From Octopus sinensis (Eukaryota): a stretch of 64,000 nt of DNA. The notes below the pieces were generated by a model, which saw only the letters and a list, made by a program, of their open reading frames with translations, was not told the DNA's origin and did no database searches. Location of the stretch: positions 50,902,001 to 50,966,000 of the forward strand of contig NC_043006.1 in assembly GCF_006345805.1 (NCBI RefSeq), read 5' to 3'. Below are positions 33,252 through 48,619 of the stretch, in pieces. The first letter of the stretch is position 1, and the number at the start of each line of letters is the position of its first letter. Both the position numbers and the translations under genes were made by a program.

Positions 33252-33365
33252 CACACATATATATATATATATATTATATACATACATACACACACATATA
33301 TATATAAGGTACGTAAGGTATTTGATTGAGAACATGTATATGTGTGCCTGTAATATGTATGTATG

Positions 33366-33442
<77 letters not shown>

Positions 33443-34244
33443 TATATAATACATATGCATACACAATTTTGTGTTTATTCTACTTTATATAGTTATTATA
33501 TTTTCTTCACTACCTTTTGCTTTGTATATCTTTGTGCGTGTGAAACAACTCATTAATTCTAGACAGTAATTGTAAGAGGAGATCTAACAGCAATTCATTT
33601 ACCCACTCTCCTTCTTCACACCCCACCATCATCGTCCCAAACCCCCAAAACAAGCACAAAAGATGTTTATAAACACCTTGTTTATTGTTGTGAAGCCATT
33701 TTTGTAGTAGCTGTGTATTGTTATTGACGTTTTTGCTCTTGTCGTTGTTGTTATTGCTGTTGCTGTTTTTGTTGTTGTTGTTTTTGTTGATGGTATTGGT
33801 GGTGGTGGTGGTGATGGAGGTATAGGCGATGCTGGACAAGTGGTAGGAGTAATAGTGGTATTGTTGAGTGGTGGTGCTGGAAGGTTCAAATGGTCAAATA
33901 CTGTTGTATCCTGTTTTACGTAAAAAAACAGTACTTTGAAAAACCAAAACGATAATCACGGTTACGTGTTAACATGTGTTTGTGCTTGTGTGTGCGTGTG
34001 TGTGCATGTGTGTGCGCGTGTGTGTGTATGTGTGTGTTTGCGTCTGTATGTGTCTCTCTATATATGTATGTATGCACATATATATACACAAACACATATA
34101 AGTGTATATGTAAGTATAAGGTATGGCTGTGTGGTTAAGAGGATTCCTTCACTACCACGTAATTTTGAGTTCAATCTCACTGCGCTGCACTTCATGCAAG
34201 TATCTTCTACTATGACTGAACTTGGAAGAAGCTTGGCAAGTCTA

Positions 34245-34291
<47 letters not shown>

Positions 34292-35032
34292 GTGTGTATG
34301 TATGAGTATATATATAGATATATGTATGCATATGTATATTACACAGTATTGACCAGGCTGTTGGATGTTTCTATCAACCACTGCTGGCCGCAAGTTCCTC
34401 TCTAATCCATCGCTGGGTTATCCAGTTACAGCTGGAACAACGTGAAATGAATTTTTTTGCTGGAGAACCCAATCTACTACCGATCAGGGAAACGAAACTA
34501 CATTCTTGCGATTGTGAGTCGAACACCAAAAAAAAAACACCAGGCCAAGCCCATTTCTCCCACCCACAGGTATTTTAATTACAGTTTGAGTTAACTCCTC
34601 ATGACTTCAAGTTTTGTGGATGCTAAAAGTATCTAATGAGATGGACGTATCCTATGCGCTTACGAAATTTTAAGGCATATGGATCTGAGTCAAGCTGTTA
34701 TTAATATATATGTATATTTCTGTGAGAGTTAGAGGTTGGGAAACCAACCAACTAAAGGATAGTGCCTATCCAACATACTGCTTGTAGTGTACCCAATTAT
34801 TCATACCCAAATACTGGTTATTGCCTGGCAATCTCGCAACTGAGTGTCATAAATGGGCGGGGGTAAAAAGTGGTTACCTTTATTTACCGTATATATATAT
34901 ATATATATATATCTTATATATATATAGAAGGGTAAAATGTATTAATCAATCAATTGACAATCTTCCAAGTAGATCGGTACGTTAATAACCTTTATACGTA
35001 AAATTATCTGCATAATTATAATTATGGTTACG

Positions 35033-35075
<43 letters not shown>

Positions 35076-35106
35076 AATATATATTATATATATATATATA
35101 TATTAT

Positions 35107-35137
<31 letters not shown>

Positions 35138-35167
35138 TATATATATTATGTATATTTATACTATATA

Positions 35168-35226
<59 letters not shown>

Positions 35227-35253
35227 GTATGTATGTATGTATATATATATATA

Positions 35254-35925
35254 CCAGTAAAGTTAATCACCACATTAAAGCGGCTGTTCCATGTTTCTTC
35301 TAATTTAACCCCAGGCAGATATTCTGCTAGCTGGTTATCAGTGCAATTTGCACTCTGTACATACATATATATTTCTAGCAGGGTAGTGAACCCCTAACAT
35401 CCTCGAACAGACAATAGGATCGTGAGACCGACTCAGTTTGGTGTTGGTTGGCTCATCTGCAGTCGCAAGCACCTCGTCGCCAGCGAGTTCACCCCAGCCA
35501 GCAATATATTGTAAAACAAAGCGACCATCGGCCACTGATTTGCAACAAGAAAAGTAGCTAGTTGTAAAATCTCAATAGATCATAGTACTAACTATACTAA
35601 CCAGTGAAGTTACTCACCACATCACAGTGGCTGTTCCATGTTACTATTAGTTTAACCCCAGGCAGATCTTCCGCCAGTTGGTTATCGGTGCAGCTTGCAA
35701 CCTGTACATACACATATACTGCTAGCTGGTTAGTATAGTTATTACACTGATCTCTTGAAATTTTACAACTAGCTACTTTGCTCGTTGCAAATCAATGACT
35801 GATGGTCACTTTGTTCACAATATATTGCTGGCTGGAGCGAACTCTGGCTACATCTCTGGCGACCAGGTGCTTGTGACTGAAGATGAGTCAACCAGCTCGA
35901 AACTCAGTCAGTCTCGCGATCCTGT
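35254..35925. repeat. A-B-A'-inverted B' repeat carrying hammerhead motifs
   Basis: A (about 35254-35385) repeats directly at about 35601-35730; B (about 35415-35603) recurs inverted at about 35728-35923. Confidence 0.85.
35871..35919 (+). ncRNA. Type I hammerhead ribozyme motif, apparently intact
   Basis: TTGTGA-CTGAAGA-T-GAGT(CAACCA)GCTC-GAAA-CT(CAGTC)AG-TC-TCGCGA; GUC triplet, 6-bp stem I with two G-U pairs. Confidence 0.65.
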
Positions 35926-35999
35926 TTTCTGCCAGCGGGAGGTAGAAGTTAAATAACCACTATCAGCTAATTTACAGGTAAATTTACTAGAAAATAGAT

Positions 36000-36330
36000 C
36001 TTGCCTCTACGCCCTCTCCTTATCCCTCAGATGGTACACGAAAAAGTTGATAAGAGGTTGACGAGTCCTTTTAATCCTGTCAACCTCACTTCTTTTGTGA
36101 AAGTCACAGAAGAAACCTGTCTGGTTTTTCTTGTCAGAGAAAGACAGCAAGTTCTTTAAGATGGACTCAATTGACAACCGTATCTGCCCTTCAGAAATGC
36201 CGATGTTTCTGCTAGAACAAGGTCTTTTGGATGTAGTCCATAAACCCCAACCTGAGACTCCTTCTGAAGAGGTTCTACACTATGTCCACATAATAACCCC
36301 AGGACATCACTAATCCTACTTATCACTAGT
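36000..36330 (-). mobile_element. Possible L1/Tx1-like LINE C-terminal remnant
   Basis: ...PLINFFVYHLRDKERA*R resembles Tx1-type ORF2 C-termini as recalled; heavily decayed. Confidence 0.35.
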
Positions 36331-36890
36331 TCACAAAAAATGCTAGTGTTGACTCTCTACCGGTCACACAAACCACTTTGTAAGCAGCCCTGAGCACCTG
36401 GCAATATTCCAGTCTCAGATGTCCAACGTCGACCATTAAAGAGTTAAAACAAGCATGAATGCTTTTTCGATTCTTTGACATTTCTACATTTTCAACAACT
36501 AGAATTATTTCATAATAAATTCTTTTCTCAATATTCTTGTATGCTTTTCTATTAGTTTTGTTGTTTAGTGTATAATGTATATTTTTTTTATACAATCGAT
36601 GCCATTTTACTCCTATAAAGAACATTCAACTGTCTACATTCAAGGTAAAAGCCAACTTGATGTTCAGTGAATACATAACACGAGATAAATAACATTTTGG
36701 TTTGTGTATTGTATTAAAGTACAAAATATGAAAAATATTTCATACATGTGTGTACGTGTATATTACCACATCTATGTATAAATAAATACTGACCCGCACG
36801 TGCACACACAAAAGAATACCACATCGTTCGTTTCTTGTGAAACACTCGGTATATACATGCACACTATACACAAGCACATGCACACGTGTG

Positions 36891-36945
<55 letters not shown>

Positions 36946-37215
36946 TTTTTATCTTATATTAAATTTTTAATACTTTTTGATAGTTATATATATTTAATAA
37001 ATAAATAAATACAAATAATAATAAATATAAATAAAAATAAAAATTTATATATATAAATTAATAATTTCAATTTTAAATTTAAATTTAAATAATTTAAATT
37101 TTTAAATTTTATATTTTATATATTTTGTATATCATATTAATTATTTTAATTTTTATGTTTTGGTTTATGTTTTTCACTGTTTGATTTGCCTAATAGTGGT
37201 TTTATCTCCAATTTA

Positions 37216-37258
<43 letters not shown>

Positions 37259-38352
37259 CACACATATATACAAACATACATAAAGATATACACGTACGTA
37301 TGTGTATGTATGAGTGTATGTGTGTAAAAAGTAATCTCAATCGGTCTCGTTATTGATTATTCAGTTGTTTTATCAACTAATTCACCTTCTCACTGACTAA
37401 GAAATTTGTGGCTGAGTATCATTAACATAATTATCAAATAAAATCAGTTTGATACAAAGTATGGCAAGGTAATACTCTTAATTACAAGTATAACATACCC
37501 TACAGATATCTACACGGTTTCTGTCAATCCAGTTTCACTGACAAGCTTTGACTCAGTTCAAATTTATAATACAATAAAAAGCACTTGTCCAATACCCCAC
37601 GTGGTGGGATCAAACTCGGGGCCACATGCTTGCGAAGTAAACATCTTAACAATTCCTCCCATGCAAAATGGACGGTTGGTTAAGAAGTGCCCAGGTTCGA
37701 TTTCACTGCATGCCATCTTAGGCAAGTGTTTTTACAGTAGTCACTGGTCAAACCTAACTTTATGACAGAATCATGGAATCCATCAAATAAATTCTATTTG
37801 TAATATAAAGACCCAGTCTTGTTACACAGAATCAAACTGCTTTCTACTTGAGAATTATGCTAACAATACAGTTACCTGTGGACTATCCGGCCACTTACAA
37901 GCGCGCGCACACACACACGATACAGGTGATGACACGTTTCATTAAGCCAGATTTGTTTACCTTAATATCACCATCGCTCAATTCCTAAATATCTTTACTA
38001 TTTAAGAGACCATTATTCTTGTTCCATTGTTCCGTTACAATCCTTTTGTCGATGAGCTAGTTGAACTAAAGCCTGCTTATAAGAACATGACTTAGATTTA
38101 TTTTTGATTTTTATTCTCATTTTAATTCCTGCTAATATAAATCTGGCATCCAGGATGAAAATGTTTCAATGATTGTCAGAAAGGAAGCTATGTATGTATG
38201 TATGTTGTATGTATGTATGTATGTATGTATGTATGTATGTATGTATGTATGTATGTATGTATGTATGTGTGTGTGTGTGGTGTGTATGTATGTATGTATG
38301 TATGTATGTATGTATGCATGTATGTATGTGTAAGTATGTATATGTAAGTATG

Positions 38353-38388
<36 letters not shown>

Positions 38389-39444
38389 TGTATGTGTGTG
38401 TGTGTATGTGTGTATGTATGTATTTATGTATGTATGTATGCATGTATTTATGTATTTAATCGGTTTCTTGCTTTAGTCATTCGACTACGGACGTGCTGGG
38501 TCACCGCCTTGAAGGGTTTGGACGAACAAATCGACTCGAGGACTTATTTGATTCTTTTAAGTCTTTAATATTTCTATCTGTTTCGTTCGATGAACTGTTA
38601 GCTTACGGTGACGTAAAGAAGGTAACATCTGGTGTCAACCGTGGTGGAAGACAGATACAACACACGACAGGCTTCTTTCAGTTTTCGCCTACCAAATCCA
38701 CTTATAAGGCCCGGGGCTACAGTAGAAGACACTTGTCCAAGACACTACACAGTGGGACTGAATCCAGAATCCTGTGGTAGGCGCTCTTATTCAGTAGTAG
38801 TCGTACATCTAATTGGTACATAGGTACATACACACACACACACACACATAATAAATGGCAAGTTTGTGTGTTTGTGAATCTGTTACATTAACTCCTCCGA
38901 GTCTATCCAACAGGACTTGATGAAACTTGACACGTCTGGAGGGGGGGGGGCTTATACCCATGCGGTCACTTACGCATATCTCATATCAAGATAAACTGCG
39001 CATCACTTTGCAGGTGGGGCCCAGTTAGAATTTTGCTCAGGTCGAGTAGCCCATCCCACTCCAAAGGTTCCAGAATAAAGGTTGTTTAAGGATGACGAAC
39101 AAATTATCCATGTCTCCAGAGGGGAATTATTCAAACTGCAAAGAATTCCTCACAACTCATTCATATGATGTCCCACCCCCACCCACTACTTCTGCCTGTG
39201 ATCAGTGATGCACATATCGTCAGCCACCAAAGGACATGCTCAACTGGTTGCGGTCAAACAACTGAAAAGCAAATCTGTCGTATTGAGCAGAACGGTTGTC
39301 AAGCTGTGATGGGGGGGGGGGGCACGAAGACACACATATAGATCAAAATCCATGAGAGCCAGTGCATCAGGGCATATCATCATCATCAGCCTCATTATTA
39401 TTATTATTATTATTGTTGTTGTTGTTGTTATTATTATTATTATT

Positions 39445-39800
39445 TTATGTTTGACTTTGCTTTGCATTTGTACAAGTTGGCTCTAAGTCTCATCCAGAGA
39501 CCCCAATAGACATCAAGTTAGAAGTTCATGTTGGTGTTATGCCTAGGGTACCATATATTTGATTTTGTACATAGTGTTGGTCTAGAGAATGTTTAAGAAA
39601 CCATAAGAAAATTATGTGCTTGTTTTAAAACTTGAGATTACATAGAAAGTATTTTGCATACGATATGGGCAGTTCCCATGAGCACTATCTTTTGAATTTC
39701 TGCCATTTTGGGGTTTTCTTGTATCTGAGCTAGGTAGCAATCAACCCCTTTTGATATCATTCCTAGGGTACCTATGACAAGAGGTACTGTTTTAGTCTTA
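39445..39800 (-). mobile_element. R4/Dong-like 3' fragment, minus strand, flanked by (ATT)n
   Basis: KTVPLVIGTLGMISKG...EIQKIVLMGTAHIVCKILSM*. Confidence 0.8.
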
Positions 39801-39844
39801 TTATTATTATTATTATTATTATTTTATTATTATTTTTTTTTTTT

Positions 39845-40300
39845 ATTAGTTCGTTCGCTGTTGTCGCCGATGACCAAGGACATCACATGGATGAAAAAGA
39901 CGAGGCACAGTGTGTCCAGTTGTAACCAATTGGTCTGATACATGCTCGGGAATTCTCTGCGGCAGGTCGGACACTAGTGGTCTGTTAGGACTGAAGGCAG
40001 AGAGTTGGCCCTTGACTGGCGTAGTTCACGTTTTCTTGTGCCCGTGCAATCCTGTTTTGTCCTTAAAAAGTGGAACCTCTTTTGGTGCAGCTTCGCTGGG
40101 CAGGGTGGTCTTGTGCTTGCGTTTTCCAGGTGTCGAGTTTCATTTCAAAGCTCGTCAGTGAGGCTTTTAGTGTATCCTTGAAGTGCGTTTTCTGTCCACC
40201 TTGCGTGTATTTGCCTTCCTCCAGTTCCCTATAAAACTGTCACTTGGGAGAGTCGCATTAGGCATTCGAATAAGGTAACCTCCCCACCAGAGTTGCGCTC
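39845..40300 (-). mobile_element. RTE/BovB-like LINE 3' fragment
   Basis: MLRRAQLWWGGYLIRMPNATLP... then frameshifted GKxxQGGQKxxFKDTLKAS, typical of the RTE post-RT region. Confidence 0.75.
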
Positions 40301-40309
40301 TCCTCAGCA

Positions 40310-40341
<32 letters not shown>

Positions 40342-40588
40342 ATCTATCTATCTATCTATCTATCTATAGGTGCAGGTGTGGCTGTGTGGTAAGAAGCATC
40401 CCAACCACATACCAGAGTCAGTTCCACTGCGTGGAAACTTGACTAAGTGTCTTCTACTATAGCCTCGTCCTCTTCACCCATGTGATACCCTTGGTCATCG
40501 GCGACATCAGCGAACTAATAATAATAATAATAATAATAGTAATAATAATAATAATAACAATAATAATAATAATAACAATAATAATAAT

Positions 40589-40655
<67 letters not shown>

Positions 40656-40662
40656 TGCCCTG

Positions 40663-41215
40663 ATACAGTACCAGATAGTGGCTTTCATGCCTTCTGATCC
40701 TAACTAATTGGAAGTGTTATCATGTACATTGTATTGTCTTGGTATAAAAGATGGGCTACAGCAAATATTCTGCTCAATACCACAGATTTGCTTGTCAGTT
40801 GTTTGACCATAACCAGTTGAGCATGTCCCTTAGTGGCTGACGATATGTGCATCTCTGATCATGAGCAGAAGTAGTGAAGGAGTATCGTAGTCGTGTGTTG
40901 AAAGGAATTCTTAGAGGTTTGGATAATTCACCTTTGGAAATATGGGTGGTTCGTTCAACATCCTTAAACAATCCTTATTCAAGGACCTTTGAGCGGGATT
41001 GGCTACTCGACCAGGAGAAAATTCTAACTGAGCCCCACCTGCTAGATCATGTGCTGTTTATCTTGATATGAGATCACTATGTCGCGCACACATGGTTGTG
41101 ATGCATGTACCTAGTGTACTCTTATCAGACGGGTAGTCATGATGGGTATACTGGGCTTCGTATATTTTACCCCAGTGTCACTTTGATGGCATGCACTGCT
41201 CTCTCACTCAATAAT
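40663..41215 (+). mobile_element. Unclassified retroposon of about 550 bp ending in (AAT)n
   Basis: Homologous copies at about 15312-15735 (+) and 38960-39380 (-); the 3' end ...CTCTCTCACTC(AAT)n is seen in both plus-strand copies. Confidence 0.75.
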
Positions 41216-41231
41216 AATAATAATAATAATA

Positions 41232-41262
<31 letters not shown>

Positions 41263-41506
41263 AATAATAATGATAATAATAATAATAATAATAATGATGA
41301 TAATAATAATAATAATAATGATAATAATAATTATGATAATAATGATAATAATAATAATAATAATGATAATAATAATAATGATAATAATGATAATAATAAT
41401 AATAATAATGATAATAATAATAATAATAATGATAATAATAATAATGATAATAATAATAATGATAATAATGATAATAATAATAATAATAATGATAATAATG
41501 ATGATG

Positions 41507-41563
<57 letters not shown>

Positions 41564-41585
41564 TGATGATGATGATGATGATGAT
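41210..41585. repeat. (AAT/GAT)n microsatellite of about 370 bp
   Basis: Directly visible. Confidence 0.95.
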
Positions 41586-42969
41586 TTGCCCTGATGCAGT
41601 TCCAGGCACTGGCTCTCATGGCTTTTGATCTATGTGTGTGTCTTCGTGACCCCCGCCACCATCACCGCTTGACAATTGTTCTTGATGTGTTTACGTTCCT
41701 GTAACTTAGCTGCTCGGCAAAAGAAACTTAAGAAAAATAGAATTTAAGTTTTTCACGAAGAACTTGAAAATGTATACATTTATATCAATAATCATGATAT
41801 GCACTTGGCTATGTTAGTAACTATCCGAGCGACAAAAGCAAATTCTGCTATTCGGAGTTTTATTTTTTACCTTCTGAAATCGACAAACTGCAAGAGAACT
41901 AGTTTTATGTTAAGTTAATTCAATTCTATATTTGTTGATTTTTATTTTTCCGTATTGAAATAAATTTTCATTCAGTACTTTTGCAAACTGCAAATTTTAT
42001 CAAATATTCTGGAATACAGATACGTTGTTATTTATATTTTGTCTCTGAAATGCTTTATTGCCGTCTTGGAAAATATCTCACAATCAGCTATGTTGTAAAC
42101 GAATAAGGTTCTGCGTATATATATGTGATTGTGTGTGTGTGTGCGTGTGCGTGTGCGTGCGTGCGCACTATTGTTTGTGTATATCCCTTGTCACAATCAT
42201 TGTTTGATTGTTTGAGCAGCTAAAACTTTTTTGATACCTAACTTTAAACAGCTCTCTTCAGAATTCGAAATCTAGTATTCATGTAATCCTCAGATTTAAT
42301 TTCCGTCATTGCAGAAACAGAAATATCCACAACGATAAAATAAAAAAGAAAACGAAAAACATATAAACAAAAACAACAACAAAAACAAAGCAAAAACAAA
42401 AACAAAACAACCCCTTCTAAACTCCTCAAAATATCAAGAACAAGCAAATGTAAAAATATCAACCTATTACACTGTAAATAAAAGGGAAGAAATATTGTGT
42501 TTTCGGATAGGTTGTCTCTTGTCAACATCGGTGGACAAGAGAGGAAATTTACTTCTAATTAAACATCTTGTAATAGAAAAAAGTGCTTGTTAAATAACGA
42601 CAAAATGAAAGCCTACGGGTGTAAGTGGTTTCTGAATGTAGGAGCAGTTTTGTAATTGCGCATGAATTGAGAGTGTGTGAGCGACAGTGTAGAAATTGAA
42701 GGTAAGGGTAAAAACGATTCAGGTGATACTGACACGAGAAGCGTAATTGCGTATATATGAGCTAGTATGATGTTGATACAACAGGATTTATGCTGTAAAC
42801 GATGTAATAGGATGCATGAGATATCGACAAAATGAAATGTGAACTTAATAGATAGGCATTAACTGTTTTTAGATGTAAGCAAAGCATCATGTATATAGCG
42901 TGAGAGATAGGGTGAAGAATATTCTGGATGTTTAGATGCGTGTTTGTATGTGTGTGTGTGTGTGTGAAA

Positions 42970-43495
42970 AAGACCACAGAATGAACACAATCCTCCAAAC
43001 ACACACGATCATAAAAAGCAAAAGACAGCCTAGATCCATGAAAAGTCTCCTTACACAAGCCCGAATTCACTCTTCAACACAGAAGCCGACAGTAAAAAAA
43101 TGTGGAAGACCCAATTGCGGGATATGCGACTATCTAATTTAGGGATCAGAGTTCTCCTTCAAACAGGGACAACGGTTTAACAGTGAAAAGCAACTTCATA
43201 TGTGCTTCGGAGAACCTAATATACTCACTAACCTGCTCCGGTGTCAAGAGCAGTACATAGGCCAAACAAAAAATGGTTTGCGTAAACGAATGGCCCTGCA
43301 CAGATCCCAGATAAAAATTCCCCAAACAGAAAAATAGCTTTTAGCCAACACATAGTTACTTGCGCCAACAAAAAACACCAAACTTCAGAATTTTTCCCCT
43401 CTACCAATTTAGGGACGATACAACCTCGAGACAACGAATAAGTAAAGAAAATCTCTTTATTACAAAATACAAGCCACTTCTTAACGGGTCTACGA
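42970..43495 (+). mobile_element. Penelope-like element GIY-YIG endonuclease remnant
   Basis: KSKRQPRSMKSLLT...KKCGRPNCGICDYLI*...CASENLIYSLTCSG/QEQYIGQTKNGLRKRMALHRSQI...SQHIVTC...FRIFPLY...RISKENLFITKYKPLLN with stops and frameshifts; Cys-rich linker plus IY..YIG motif. Confidence 0.88.
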
Positions 43496-44134
43496 CAAAC
43501 AATTAATATACCTCAACTTAGAATAAAAGAAATATATACACACACAAATATTACACTCCATAGAATCCATTACTAATCAGCCCCATCACAGCTAAACTTA
43601 CACCCATTCATATTCTCCCTTCTCTGGTTTTTTTTCTTCTTCTTTTTCCTCTTCTTCTTCACATCATCATTATCATCATCATCGCGTCGTCATCATCCTC
43701 ACACCATCATCACCACCATCTTCTCTTCTCCTCCTTCTTCTTCTTCTTCTTCATCATCATCATCATCATCAACATCGCCATCTTCTTCTTCTTCTACTTC
43801 TCACCTTCCACCCTTAACCTTGTCACTAATGTCTTTCAGTATAACGCCTACGCAAATTCCATAAACAATTCCTGAATTGAACTGCGACTACTGTCAGCCA
43901 CTAACCATTCAAAATACGACCATTAAGGCATTCCCAGATTTCCCCACCCCCTCTCCACATCAGCCTCATTATTCTTCACCTATCCTACCAAGAACTCAAA
44001 ACGACCTCGAACACACAAGTGCAAACAAGGGAGTCAGAGAAAGGCAGAAATGCTATTATATCTGAACACTACTACAGAAATATTATTTAAAAAAAACTTT
44101 TCTTCTAATTTTTCTAAATTTAATTATTTAATCG

Positions 44135-44178
44135 TTACAGTTGAAAAGGTCTCAAAATGACCGAAACCGGTACTGAAA
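44135..44178 (+). ncRNA. Degenerate minimal hammerhead (Penelope pLTR remnant)
   Basis: TTACAG-TTGAAAA-GGTC(TCAAAAT)GACC-GAAA-CCGG-TA-CTGAAA; core C3 and G8 mutated, so probably inactive. Confidence 0.5.
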
Positions 44179-44189
44179 GATTCACTATA

Positions 44190-46500
<2,311 letters not shown>

Positions 46501-46589
46501 AACCCACATATATATATACACACATATATATACACATACACACACACACCACACACATATATATTAATACGTCGACATTTATATTTTAG

Positions 46590-46720
46590 TAAACAACGCC
46601 TATGCTGCTGCAGTTGCAAGCGATTTGCGGGTGCCAGTTGTCGCACCTGCCAATGTTGCTCCCGCCCACGTCCCAGACACCGTACCACGAGACTTCGTTC
46701 CAGAGGCCGCAGCAAGGTAG
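46590..46720 (+). CDS. Probable exon of a paralogous Ala/Pro/Val-rich protein (xNNAYAAAVASDLRVPVVAPANVAPAHVPDTVPRDFVPEAAAR*)
   Basis: Acceptor ATATTTTAG phase 1, open GC-rich frame ending TAG (or donor AG|GTAGAA). Shares ANVAP, VPV and ASD words, and the nucleotides GCCAATGTTGC and GCAAGCGATTT, with the 63467 exon. Upstream exons were not found. Confidence 0.5.
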
Positions 46721-46908
46721 AAAGAAAGCTGAATTCTCCCATAGCTTATCTTGTATAAATATATACCTAGTTAATCAACTTTGACGAAAATATCGAAGGA
46801 ATCTTCAAAAGCAGCGACAAAATCACCACAAATGACGACAAGAATATAAATTTGGTGGAGAGGGACTGGTCAATTACATCGACCCTAGTGCGTAACTGGT
46901 ACTTATTT

Positions 46909-47142
46909 ATAAGGCGGCGAGCTAGCAGAAACGTTAGCGCGCCAGGCGAAGTGCTTTGCGGTATTTCGTCTGCCGCTACGTTCTGAGTTCAAATTCCGCC
47001 GAGGTCGACTTTGCCTTTCATCCTTTCGGGGTCGATTAATTAAGTACCAGTTACGCACTGGGGTCGGTATTTTCGACTTAATCCGTTTCTCTGTTCTTGT
47101 TTGTCCCCTCTGTGTTAAGCCCCTTGTAGGCAGTAAAGAAAT
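46909..47142 (+). mobile_element. Full-length family B SINE inserted into an older opposite-strand SINE, with a 12-bp TSD
   Basis: TGGTACTTATTT at 46897-46908 and 47143-47154 flanks the insert; the host SINE resumes after it. Confidence 0.85.
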
Positions 47143-47963
47143 TGGTACTTATTTCATCGGCACCGAAATGGTAGAAGGCAAAGTCGACCTCGACAACTCA
47201 GAACGTAAGGATGGAAGAAATACCAATAATCATTTCACTCGGCATGCTAACGATTCTGCCAACCCGCCAACTTAAATCCAGTTTAATAATGCATGTCACT
47301 CCTGGAACTGAAGTCAACATAGCCAACGATATTTTAGTTATTCTTGTGTAGATTGCATAAATTTATTGAAATAAACATCTGAAGCAAATCAGTTTTTGTA
47401 CTTAATTTTTGCTTTCCTATAGTGAAAAATGTCTCCTTTTTCTTCTTTTGCTTGTTTCAGTCACTTGACTGCGGCCATGCTGGGGCACCGGCCTGAACTG
47501 CTTTGCAGTCGAACAAATCGATTCAAGACTTTAATTTCAAACTCGGCACTTATTCTATTGGGTTCTTTTGCCGAACCGCTAGGTTCCTGGACGTAAACCA
47601 TACCAAAATCAGTTGTCAAGTGGTGGTGGGGGACTAATACAAACGACGGGCTGCTTTCAGTTTCTATCTACAAAATCATCTCAGAAGGCTTTAATCGGCC
47701 TGAAGTTATAGTAGAAGACTCTTGGCTGAAGTACCACGTAGTGCGACTGAACCCGGAACCATGCGGCTGGGAAGCAAGCTTCATACCACACAGCTACGCT
47801 TTGAAAATAATTAATAAAAGTTTGATATATTTAAATAAAAATTTAAAATTCGATTATCACTCTATTGATGGTCCATTCTGCTAAGTGATACTGATATCAA
47901 ACTAACAGATATATTGATGCGAAGGAAGCTTTTAAGTCCTTTATAACTATTAAAGAGCATCAA

Positions 47964-48409
47964 ATCAATATCTATAAAGCTGAAATGCGAAAAAGTTGTT
48001 TGATTTCTTGGCTTATTTGTTTCATTTTGGGATGGGAACGGATGGGGCCAAAATTTACACTGGGGGTAAAATTGGGTGGGCAATGGTGTGAGGAGGGTTG
48101 CAAGTCGCTCGGGCCTACTGTTTGGTTGCCATGGCGAGGAATATGGGAAAAATTGAGTTTTATGGGATAGACAGGTTGCGCTGTTTGAATAATGGTGGCT
48201 TTTGTGTTGCTGCAGGGGCTAGAGGCGGCTATCTTTAATTGTAGGTGTAAAAATTTGGGGTATTTTGGAAAGGGGGGGGGGTAAAGAAGAGGGCAATAAA
48301 AAGAACAAGTCAAAGAAGACGAACAAAAGAATAAAGGGAAACGGAGACAACACGCACAAAACAACACCACAACCAAAACCCGAGCGAAGCACGGGTCAAA
48401 ATAGCTAGT
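47964..48409 (-). mobile_element. Non-autonomous Helitron/Helentron-like element
   Basis: Minus strand ACTAGCTATTTTGACCCGTGCTTCGCTCGGG start; CAGCTTTATAGATATTGAT end. Confidence 0.6.
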
Positions 48410-48619
48410 CTATTTAAATAAACACGAAAGGCGTAAGTGTGTCTGACATTTTATTGATTCCGAATGAATGTTAGGCAGAGTCGAGCTCAGTGGTATTTGA
48501 ACTCAAGTCAATGCAGTAAGCTAGTATAAAAAGAGTACAAATGTAGACATGGCTGCGCCGGTAAAAGAATGGACTAAGTTTTTAGAGTCGAATTTGTGGA
48601 TTTGAAGTGATGGAAAAAT

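Noticed and set aside
38021-38100. Possible terminal exon xTIILVPLFRYNPFVDELVELKPAYKNMT*
   Set aside because: Short, no partner exons or homology; expected by chance
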